64,000 nt of DNA from Chrysomallon squamiferum (lineage: Eukaryota; Animalia; Mollusca), in NCBI GenBank assembly GCA_012295275.1, contig CM022676.1, positions 6,324,001 through 6,388,000 on the forward strand, read 5' to 3'. Every line of letters begins with the position of its first letter. The stretch's first letter is position 1. The notes under the pieces were generated by a model. It saw only the letters and a program-made list of their open reading frames with translations. It did not search any database and was not told where the DNA came from. The translations under genes and the position numbers were made by a program. Of this stretch, positions 52,340-64,000 are shown piece after piece.

Positions 52340-52500
52340 AATACAAAAACAGGTACATGCTCATCCTAAAATGAAAAAGGTTCTAGCTTAAATTTTTTTA
52401 GATAAATAAACACAAAAAAAAAAAAAAAAAAAAATTAAGTACAAAATCAGGTATGTGCTCATCCTAAAATGAAAAAGGTTCTAGCTTAAAATTTAAAAAA
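52340..52500. repeat. ~100-bp direct duplication
   Basis: caggta..tgctcatcctaaaatgaaaaaggttctagcttaaa occurs twice. Confidence 0.85.
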
Positions 52501-53114
52501 AAACACCAATAATAAATAAGTGTAATTATTATTTTATGAAATTAAAATTGTTATTTTGTTATTGAAAAGCATAACATGTACATTCTCAAAGCAACAGCAA
52601 AACCATGCAATTCTGCAAACTGACATCCACTTACTGAAAAGAATATTCAAAGACTGGAAGGATAGATGGACATTATATGTAAAAAGAAGACAGAATTTAA
52701 TTGGATTTCTTTATTTAATATGGACACACAAATGGATGCATGGTTGGAAAAAGTAGACAAAGTAAAAATAATTAATATCTCGGTTTTTTATACACATGCA
52801 TGCACATCCACATAATAATAATGATGATGATGATAATAATAATAATATTAAAAATAAAATAAAAATCTATTAATTGGGAATAAGTGGGTAAATACTGTTA
52901 TTTAAATAAATTGGATAGATGGATTTTTGGATGAATAGAATGGATGAAAGAATGACTGTATTGTAGAAAGAATTAACAACAATTCTGACAGACATCTTGA
53001 AAAAGAATTTCGAGGTTAGAAGACTGAATGTGATATATATATATATTCTTAATAGAAAAAAAAAGTTGGTAAAAATTTTTAAAAAATTTAAAATAAATAA
53101 ATTTATATTTTGGT

Positions 53115-53351
53115 ATGTGCTTGCACAGAAAACGGTCAACTAAAATGAACTTAGGAACACATCTGTTTAAATTTTATGCAGATAAAGCTTGAAGACAACT
53201 GCAGAAAGGTATATATATATATATATATTCTTAATAAAAAAAATAAAAAAAAAAAAAAAAAAAAATGATATTAGCTTGCACAAAAAACAGTAAACTAAAA
53301 CAAACTTAGGAACACATCTGTTTAAATTTTATCCAGAAAACTGCAGAAAGG

Positions 53352-53352
<1 letters not shown>
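53115..53352. repeat. ~155-bp direct duplication
   Basis: gcttgcaca.aaaac.gt.aactaaaa..aacttaggaacacatctgtttaaattttat...actgcagaaagg occurs twice. Confidence 0.85.
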
Positions 53353-53387
<35 letters not shown>

Positions 53388-54489
53388 ACCAAAAACCCTG
53401 TGGAAATAAAAATGTGAAAGGTTGTAGCATAAAAATCAAGGGTTCAACAGAAATGAGTTTCTTTAGCAGTGTAATGGGAAAGATAGAAGATTATCTGTTG
53501 ATAAGAAGGGTTATGTCAGTCAGATGCTATCAGACTGGTTTGAAATCCAAGATACCTGATAGATTAGTGCAGATAAAAAAAAAAAAAAAGTCAAATTACA
53601 GTAGGATTTCGTTTTATTGTTGTCACGGTGATAGGAAGATAGATCAGAATTTATTTGTTTAGTTTTTGTTGCCTTTTTTAATCTAGTTTTTTAAAAAAGA
53701 AAAAGAAAGAGACAGAAGTAAAGTTAGAATTTAAAAAAAGGTTATTCAGTAAGAAATTTGAGAAAAAATAATGATAAAGGAAAATTAAAATAATAATATT
53801 GAATAATTTCTTATTTAAATGTTATTCATTGAATGACATATATATAAAATTACACATCTTTATCTATCTATATCTAAAACTTACATATGTATATATATAT
53901 ATAAAATAAAAGATACTTTCTTCACTTCCCATTCCAATCATTGCTCATTAACAGACACGACATAGAAAGCATATTAAAAAAAAATGTATCTAATGCATCA
54001 AACATACAGGCATTCGATAATTTTAAATTAATTATTATCTGAATTAATAAATTAAACAAACATTAGGCATGTTTGTGTATGGGTATAAAATGTGTATGCA
54101 TGTATATGCATACATATCTCAGTATGTATGTAAATGTATTTACATAGCTATGTATTTGATAATCTGTACATATCTGTAGACATGTTCATCTGTCTATTTA
54201 AACACTATATCTCCTACCCAGCCAAACATGTACCCAGACCAACGTCCTAATAGTTCTCATACCCACAGCCTTACAGCTGTATTAAACATAACTGTTGAGA
54301 TGCATCTGTTCTACAGAGCTAGCTGCAGCTGAAACATGCATGGATGACAGTTTAAATACTTGTATGCCCCATGCATGTGCAAAATACATCTGCTACTACA
54401 CAGAGTTAAACACAAGCTACTGGCTAACTGCATGTCAAACAGCAGTAGGCGTTTTCTGTGTATCGTGTGTTAATAATGGATGATGTATT

Positions 54490-54567
<78 letters not shown>

Positions 54568-55269
54568 GAGAGACAGAGAGAAAGACAAAGACACAGAGAG
54601 AGAGGGACAGACAAATTGTCTCAAAGAATCAAAAAGAAGAAAAAAGAGAAAAATGTCTGAAAGAAAAAGAAAGACAAAGAATGAGCAAAAGGGAAACAAG
54701 GGTGAGAGAGAGAGAGAGAAACTGTATTAAAGAAAGAAAAGCAAAAAAAAAAAAGAAAAAAGAAAAATGGCAGCAAGCAAAAGAAAGACAAAGAGTTTGA
54801 AAGAAATATAAAAAATAAAAAAGATTTTAGAATAAGAAAGAGTGAAAGAAAAAGGGGAGAGAAAGAAAGAGCAAAACAGAAAGAAGGGGATGGAAAAAGA
54901 AATAGACGAAAGAAAATATAAATAAACTGAAAGAGTTGGTTTTAAAAGACAAATAGAAACAGATGGATGGAGGTAATGAGAGTAAGTTTTATCTGTATCT
55001 GTATCCATCTATTTATCTATTTATCTAACACAGAAAGAGAAAATAGATGATAAAAACAAATTATAGTATGCAAGGATACAAAGAGAAGCAGATAAAAGGA
55101 TAAAAATAAATAGATTGATGAGAGAAGAATATAAAAACAGAAACAGAGAGAAAGAAAGAAAGAAAGAAAGAAAAAAGATAAATAAACTTACAAAACTGGA
55201 GCAGAAGATGCTCCGAACAATCCAGACACCATTTTAAACTATACGCTTTACATCATTACAAAGGTATTG

Positions 55270-55625
55270 CAAAAAATCACCACAGACTTAGTCATTTCGC
55301 CTCAGGTAAAAATCCATCCCAATCTTTCTAGGTACTTGAATGTGAGGATCGTTTTTCTTTTTTAACCAGATCATGAGCTATTTGTTAGCATTACACCAAA
55401 ACAGAAACATAAAAAAAAAAAAAGTCACCACAGACTTAGTCATTCCCCCCTCAGGAAAAAATCCATCCCAATCTTTCTAGGTTACTTGAATATGGGGATC
55501 ATTTTTCTGTCTTTTTTTATTTTAACCAGATCAAGAAATATTTGTTTGCATTACACATATAAAAAAGTCACCACAGACTTAGTCGTTTTTCTTCTAGACA
55601 AAAATCCATCCAGCCTATTCAGTTA
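55270..55625. repeat. ~145-bp tandem repeat (3 copies)
   Basis: aaa.tcaccacagacttagtc...aaaaatccatcc at ~55275, ~55423 and ~55565. Confidence 0.85.
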
Positions 55626-58600
55626 CCAGAACATTCAGGTGTGGTTTAACAAGAAGATCTTCAACAGAAAACCGTTTTACAAAATATCAGCCTGGTTCAC
55701 ACTGATTTACGATCAAACGGAAAGGTTCAGAATAAAAATTCCTCTCTCAGACATTAATGGACACTAAAAGTATGGATAACAAGAAGACAGTACATAGACT
55801 AGAGAAAAATAACACTAGGAACAGTCATCATGTGTATTATATAGAAAACAAAAATCCAGGTGAGAAACAGAGTGTGGAAAACAGAGTCATATAATACAGA
55901 CTATTTTAAAGTCCACACAAATGAAACTGGTTGAAAAAATAATCCCTTCTGTGAATTTCTGTCATAGGTTAGAGTCTTTACAAGATTTTGATCATTTTAT
56001 CATCGAGACAAATTGAACAAGTTCATGAACAAGTTAGTATTTTAAACTGTATTATATGGTACAGAAGAACAGCATTGATAACATATTCCATCCTGATATA
56101 TGGTGAGGCAGGGACTTGAATGCTGGTATATTCCATCAAAAAAGAAATTACTGTTACAGTCTATCCAGAACATTCTGAACAAATCCTCGGTTTATCCACC
56201 AAACAAAGCCAGACTCCATCACAGAACTATAACAGTGACACAATGAAACAGAGTAATTTAATGAAGAATAATAAAACTTAATGAAAACTAATAAAATGCA
56301 ATAAAACAATAGCTAATAATAAAATAAAAAATTTAAGAAATAATAAAATAATGACAAACTCACAACAACAATAATAAAAAAAAGAAAAAAAACAATAAAA
56401 TAGTGAAATAAAACAATATATAATGATAAATGAACAATAACCAATATCTATAAAAATACAATAAAATAGTCAATAAATAACAGAGTTAAATTAATGGTTG
56501 ATAATATTAAAGTAAAATAAAATAAAATGAAATAAATACCAATAATAAAAAGTACATTAAAATAATGACGTACCTATATAAAATTATAAAATAATAAATA
56601 ATGACATACCTAAATAAAATAATAAATCAGAACTGACAAAAATAAAACCATAGAATAACAAAACAACAAGAAACAATAAAAATAACAACTAACTGTAATA
56701 AAACAACATAACAACTGTTACAAAACAATAAACTAATGACTTAATCTTATACAAATCGACATATTAACACAGAGAAATGACATTAAACTTTGTAATTTCA
56801 AATCATTGGCAATCCAATAGACACAACTTCCCTGTCTTTGGTAATAAATTTGTCCAACCTAAAAATTCCTACGCAGAACAACATACACTTGATTAAATTC
56901 AGAAACCAGATATCTGAAAAAATGAAACTTCTACAGTGACGAAACCTTTTTTCTCTCTCTTTTAATTATTCACTTCTATCACTGATCTGAAATGAAGTAG
57001 ACATTTAACTGTATTTTATATATGTATTGTTTTTTCATTGTTATGATAAAATATAAAATTTTAATTACCCCTATCTTAAGTGTGTTATATAAACCCATTT
57101 ATAATTCAGAATAACTGGTAATTCCAGATTCATAACTGTTAACCAAAACCACACTAATACAAACAAATTCTCTCTTGTATTTTTTAAAATCTGTATCAAC
57201 ATCAAATCCTGACTCTAATTTTTACTTTTCCCTTTCTTACAACTACAATTTTAATTTACACGGATTATATAACTAAATCTAGGTATGTGAAAAAAGATTT
57301 ATCAGCATACAATTGTTTTCAATTATAAACAATGCTTAATTGAATGCATATACCACATTCGTATTTTCATGGAACTGCAAGTTAAAAATAAATTCATATT
57401 CACATACCGAGTACCAGGTTTATCAAAACACCAAAATATTATATTTCTAATAAACACTATTTACTTGAATTCATACATCACTTTCCATTCTTTCTTTGTC
57501 ACCACAACCCGAAACAATAAATTCACAGGGAAAAGGTTGCTAGTTCCAGGTCTATTAACATCACATGTAATTTGTTTTCAGCAGACACAAAAAAAACCTA
57601 TTCTGAATGGAATCCAGACACTTTCTGTTTACATGTAGACATTCTGTTTATTTATCCTGGAAAGACAGTGTTTATCAGAGCTATAAAGACCACAGTCACT
57701 TTGACATAAATACAATTAGTACTGGGACAGAGTTTACATTGGGATATGCTGAGAGAGAAAAAAAAATAGTTTAAATTAAATTCCATGTTAAAAAGCAATT
57801 ATTCTCTTCTGTTCAGACAGCCAGACAGATTATATCTATGTTGTATAATGTGATAAGTGTAAATCACAAAACATTGTAAATCAGACTGCATTTGTAAGAA
57901 ACTCAATCAACTGATAACAACAATCATTTTCCTAAGGGGAAAAAAAAATAATAAAAAATAAAAATATTGTCCTGTTCAAAGACATGGTTTATGCTGAACA
58001 ACAATTTAAATCAGCGACATAATCAATGATAAATCAAGTTAATAAAAACAAAACAAAAAAGGTCAACTTCCCACACAAACGCAATTCCTTTGTCCTTTCA
58101 AACATCAGTCACATATGAGTTTATATCTGTATATATGTTTGTATTTTATTAACAGTATTAATATAAATTAAATAAATATCCAAGCCTGCGACATCAGAAT
58201 TATTTATTTTCAGTATGAAACTCTTGTCATAAACAATTTGATCAATAAACTGCACAACAACTGGGTCAATGCAAGCATGTAACAAATGGCACATTACAGA
58301 TGAAAGACAGATCTCTTGAGACATGTTATGTCAATAGATCTATATAGAAACAGTATCTTGAAATATGTTATGTCAATAGGTCTATTACAACAATCTGAAC
58401 TACAGTATAAATCCAAAACTTTACGTTCCAGAGTTCTGAATGTTAAACGTCGAAGATATTAAAATGTTCTGTGAACTGAAAACTTACAGAAATGTTAACC
58501 TGACTAATACTTAAACTTTTCACAAACAAAATATACAATTATCTAAGATATGACATGAAGTGATGGTTCAGTAAACATCGTGCCTGTAATCAGCAAGTTA

Positions 58601-58879
58601 TCGTAAAATATAATAAACCAAATACTGCTTGAAGATCGTTTATTCAGTTTAGCTGATTCCTAGATATTTAAAAAAAAAAAAAAAATTTCATCTTCAGTCA
58701 AAAATATCTAATAATTTTTAGCTTATAAAACTTGAATCCAAGATGGTACTTTCTTTATAGCAGATGTTTAATGCATAACAACCCGAAACTTTAAAAGATT
58801 TTAACTTAACTGATAATTTTATGGCTTATAAAAACCATTATATTCTGAAATATGAATTTATCATTGTATTAACCAGAAT

Positions 58880-59425
58880 TTTATTGTAATATATGATGAT
58901 CCAAACATAAATCCAAGAAGTATTTTCCACATAATAGAATCAGAAATGCCTAACATAAAACTGAAAACACAAACAAAATTTTAATGTAACTAATAATGTT
59001 ATGATTTATAAAACAATGATACAGCAAAACGGGAAAAAAACGTTGCCCTGAAAATTTTAACAGAATTTTAACTTGAGTAATATTGTTATCTTTTATAATG
59101 CAAAACATGAATCCAAGACTAACCAGCATACTTTCACAATACAGAATAATCCAGAATGCAAATCCACCAAGGTACTTTCCACATAACAGAATCAAGAGGT
59201 GACTGGCACAATAACCTTGCCCTGAAAACTTTCAAGAAATTCTGACTCGACTAATATTGTTATATTTTATAATGCAAAACATGAACCCAAGATTAACCAG
59301 CATACTTTCATAATGTGTTAAAATCCAGAATACAAATCCACGAAGATACTTTCCACATAGCAAACTCAGGAGATGACTCGGCACAATAACCTTGCCCTGA
59401 AAACTTTTGAGAAATTCTGACTTGA
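58880..59425. repeat. ~178-bp tandem repeat (2 close copies plus a diverged third)
   Basis: ttgccctgaaaa at ~59043, ~59217 and ~59392; ataatgcaaaacatgaa.ccaaga.taaccagcatactttca twice. Confidence 0.85.
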
Positions 59426-60331
59426 CAGAGACCAAATTCGAAGCAGCTGAGCCAAAGTCTGGTCTGCTTTTGCACAGTGACTAGTTGGAAGCTGGCAGAT
59501 AGAGAGAGAGAGGCCAGAACAAAGAATAAATGACGAAGAATGTAAATTCTGACAAAGTACAGTCCACAGATGTTCTTCTGCTCTGCTTTTTGCTTGATGT
59601 TTTAATTTCTAAACAATTTTTACTAATAGTGCCAAGGCAAATAATAAAGTTTTTTTTAAACAGTGTAGGTAAGTGATGTTCTGAATGATATCTGTTATTA
59701 AGTAACATTTCAGTTTTAAACATATAAGTAAGTAATGTTTTAAACAATATATTTTTATTTTATTTTAATAAAATAATAATAATAATAAATTATTTTTAAA
59801 AACTGACCAGTGTTTGGCAAATAAATAAATATGTTAACCAGAGTTTTAAGCAGTATCTAGGAAAGAAAAGTTAAATTTTAAATAATAAGTAACCAAATAA
59901 ATAGAGCAACATCATGGAGAAAAACAAAATTCCCTGCCAAAAATAAAAAATAAAAAAAAAATAAAAAAAATAATAATAATTAAAAAATAAAGAAGACCCT
60001 CCACAAATTAATAATAATAATAACAACAATAACAATAACAATAACAATAACAACAACAACAACCAATAATAAATGTGCTTTACACAATATGTTCCAGTGC
60101 TCAGAAATTAAGTATCTAACAGTCTCAAACCCAAACACTGTGTAACTAGTCCTTGACAAAATAACTAAGTTAACCGATGTGTTAATTTTAATAACATTTG
60201 CTAGTCCTGGCAAATAAATAAAGATTTCTGTAATTTCAGTTCTGAAGTGCCAACCGGTGCCAAGGAAAGTAATTAACTGATTTTTGTTTAATTTGAAAGT
60301 AGTCTTGCCTGCTTAGATTCAGTTAAAAAGG

Positions 60332-60369
<38 letters not shown>

Positions 60370-60904
60370 AGGAAAAAAAACCATATTTTATGTATGTTTT
60401 TTGGTAGGAAGTTATGAATAACATAAATTTATGTTGAAGCTGATTTAAAATACATATCAGTATATACATTCTGATGTGCAATTTAACATGTAATGACATA
60501 ATCTGAGATGCTGTTTTCTGTTAATTCTTATGTTATTTTAGATCCTCCCAGCAAAAGCAGAAATTTAAAAAAAAATAAACTAGTAGCTTCTGCAAGAAAA
60601 GAAAGTTACTGTGTCATTTCTCAAACATCAACTTTCATTTGCACATCACTTCAATTTCTTATATTCGTAACTCAAGAACCAAGAAAAAAAAAAAAAAAGA
60701 TGAAAAATGACTTTCTCAGTTTCCAAGGACTGCCATAACTTTTCTGTTTTTCTAAATAAAAGTATGTGTAGCGGAAGAAAATAAAAAATAAAATCATCTT
60801 GAGAAAAGAATTTAAACTTTCTATTACTGTTAAGTATCTCTTATCTCTTTCCTTTTTTTGTTTCCCTGTTTTTCTCTTTCTTTCTCTTTCATACATAATC
60901 TCTT

Positions 60905-60980
<76 letters not shown>

Positions 60981-62859
60981 GAGAAAATGGAGAAAAAAAA
61001 AAATTATTTTCTAAATTAGGTCTAATATATATTTTTTTAATTAAATTTTTCATATTGCTTTCCAAGCAATAAATTCCATTTATCACCATTTCAATATCCT
61101 TTGGATATTAAGAAGATGAAGAAAAGAATAATAATGCCCTAAATTTCCAAGCATGACTATAACTTTTGTTAATTTTTTTGTTTGCAATAACCAATATCCT
61201 AAATGAAAGAAATTCAAATTAAACTTAGACATTACTGCTTCACAATAGAGAAAAAAAAAAAAAAAAAAAAAATTATTTTTTTACAATTTATTTATCACAA
61301 GATTCAACATTTCTGCTTTGTAAGTATGCAGATTTTTTTTCCTTCTTCATTTGTACACAGTTTTAAACATCCTAATCCCAAGAAAATAAACTTAAAATCA
61401 AAGTTATTCAATCATCTTAAAGCAAAGGAATAACTTTATCTGATAGTTTATTTTATTACACAATAAACTGTATTTATAGTTTTCAATCAGAAATAAAACT
61501 TTCTTATTCTTTACATTTAGTATGTTGTACCCTTAAAACCAAAAAAAAAAACCCCAAAAAACCCTTTTTAGTGTACTTTCTTAACAGAAATGATTGAACT
61601 TTCAATATTTCACTTTTAAAATCAAAATAAAGTTGATGTAACTTTGAATATCAGTTTTTCAATCAAAACTAAAACTTTTCTTTATTACAGTAAGTATGAA
61701 GAGTTCAAGAAAATAAAAAGAAATAATTTACTCCATCTTCTTCAAAGAACTGATGTAATATTCAATATCCACATTTTCAAATCAAAATTAATTTTTATTA
61801 TTATTTTTTTTTTTTTTTCTTCTTTATCTGAAGTCTTAGTAGTCCAAGAAAATAAAAATACATTTTTGAGAGGGTTTTTCATATCTGTCTGAAGTATCTA
61901 TATTCCAAGAAAATAAAAATTTTCTTCATCTACTTCATTTTATTTCATATATCTGTATTATTGAAACTTTTATCTTTTTCACAGTCTTAAATGTTATCCT
62001 TAAATGGCTTGTAGAAAAGTTTTATTATTATTTTTTTTAGATATTTGACAAACATCCTATGTTCACACAAGATATTTATGATAATAAAAGTAATATACAG
62101 CTGAAATGTGTGTTTTAATATGAGTATGCTTTTATTATCCATTTCCTTTTAACCATTTTCTAAATATCTGTCAAATACAGCACACACCCTTTAACATATT
62201 TCATTTATACAAAGATAAAACGCATTATTTTAAAGGAAAAAATACTGTTAGAAATTATTTTATATATATGTTAAATTTCAGTTTGATTTTATAATACATA
62301 TCCTCATACATACAAAATGATGTAACCATCTCATAAAATCTGTTACAAATGCTAAATATACAGTCTTTTGACATCTTCTTTATATAAACAACAACCATGT
62401 CACACTAACATTAGTGGTTTGATAAACATCTTTTGTAAACAAATTCTGACGCAATTATGTCATTCAAAACTGTGATAAAACAATTGTATTTATCTTGCTT
62501 CATAACATTTTAAGTAGTGTTTATCAGATATAATCTTTTTTCAAACTGTTTTTTTTTTTTTTTTTTTTTTTTTGCTGGCACTATAATATAAATATTTTCC
62601 CAAGATAGCCTTACTGGATAAAATGTGATTCCATGAAATTTGGAAACAATATTTCATACTTTCAAAAAATTATTATTATTATTTTAAACAACAGTTAATA
62701 TCTATATCTATATATCTCTATCTCTATCTATCTCTATCTTTATCTATCTATGTATTTATATGGCTCCATATACACTTGTTACCATCTATAGAGTTAAAAC
62801 TTAGAATACATTTCCAACATTTTATGTATTTTTTTATACATGAATAAATGATTATTTTA

Positions 62860-63420
62860 ATCAAACTCCCATCAGAAATATTCTGAAGAAGTGAAAACTA
62901 TGATACCATACACTCTCTATAACCAAACAGAAGTGATGGAGCTAAAACTAGTCTACTAGTATACCTTCAACCACATATGTACTTTTCTTTGAAACAGATT
63001 CATTTAAATAGACTCCAGTATGAAAAATATTCAAACTGAAATGAAATTGAACTATTTCACCAAAAGCTCTGTATAACCAAACACAAACAACAGAGGTGAT
63101 ACAAGTCTACTTGTGTATTTTTTAATCATGTTATGCTTTTCTTTATGAAAATAAAAGATTAATTTAAATAGACTCCTGTAAGAAACATATTTCAAAGAAA
63201 CAGAAACTAACTATGACACCACATACGCTGGATAACCAAACACAAACAATGGAACTGAAACAAGTGTATGTAACATGGACCTGCTTTTATTTATGCAAAC
63301 AGCAGATTAATTTAAACAGACTCCTGTATGAAAAATATTCCAAAGAAAGAGAAACTAACTGTGACACCACATGCTCTGGCTAACCGAACACAAACAGTGC
63401 AGTTGAAACAACTAGTCTCT
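62860..63420. repeat. Diverged ~150-170-bp tandem repeat
   Basis: agatt.atttaaa.agactcc.gta.gaaa.atatt..aaa...aactatgacacca..taaccaaacacaaaca recurs 3-4 times. Confidence 0.75.
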
Positions 63421-63539
63421 TGGTATATTGTTATCACTGTGTGCTCAAAACCTGAAAATCCTCATCTGTCAACAATATATATAGTTCACACACATTCCTC
63501 ACACATCCACATTTGTAGTGGGGCAAAAGGAATTTCAGA

Positions 63540-64000
63540 AACCCTGATGAAAACACTGAAAAAGCATGTTCGTGGAAATGTAAGGCAGTCATGTTTTAAA
63601 AATAGAAAAAAAAAATATATACAGTGAGTTTGCATGAAAATTGTTATTTTAATAACATTGAAAAGGCATGTTCGTGTAAATCTAAGGCTAATGTAATTTA
63701 CAACACATAAAAAAAAAAAAACCCACAAAAAAAGAACAAAAATGCGTGTGCATGAAAACTATATTTAAAAATACTGAAAAGGCATGTTCGTAATAATTTA
63801 AGACTAACGTATTTTAAAAATTAAAATGGAGAAAACCGAGAATGCATGTGCAGGAGAAATACATTTTAAGAACACTGATGAAAACAAAATGAAAATACAT
63901 TCAAACTTAACACTAAAACTCATGTTTTAAAATGTTTAAAAACAGAAACAGTACTACCATGAAAAATATATTTAAAAACACTGATGAACGCTTTGAAATT
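63540..64000. repeat. Diverged tandem repeat running to the window end
   Basis: acactgaaaa.gcatgttcgt..aa..taagg and catgaaaa.tatatttaaaaa.actga recur. Confidence 0.7.

Overview
AT-rich, microsatellite-dense animal genomic DNA (invertebrate, mollusc-like by general character; taxon is inference only) with three intron-containing genes. (1) BUD13 (RES-complex splicing factor), minus strand, ATG at 3909, 3' end outside the window. (2) ASCC2 (CUE-domain activating signal cointegrator 1 complex subunit 2), plus strand 4234-17943, head-to-head with BUD13 across a 324-bp interval. (3) An ARHGAP32/33-like PX-SH3-RhoGAP gene, minus strand, 19 exons traced from 52208 to the stop at 26142; its start was not located and its terminal exon is 4.9 kb. 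The most unusual feature is a 69-bp tandem array (31031-32705) in the last RhoGAP intron. Each unit reads as acceptor AG, a 21-nt in-frame micro-exon (V-H-[S/G]-T-[P/S]-[T/I]-K) and a GTAAAG donor, separated by ~48-50-nt introns; there are 23 copies encoding five peptide variants. It is the clearest case of a window-wide pattern in which tandem repeats are seeded on splice junctions. Between ASCC2 and the RhoGAP gene lies a decayed SF3-helicase (parvovirus/densovirus NS1-like) remnant with nearby hairpins. ASCC2 exon 8 carries an apparent +1 frameshift. Coordinates were read by hand and may be off by a few bases.
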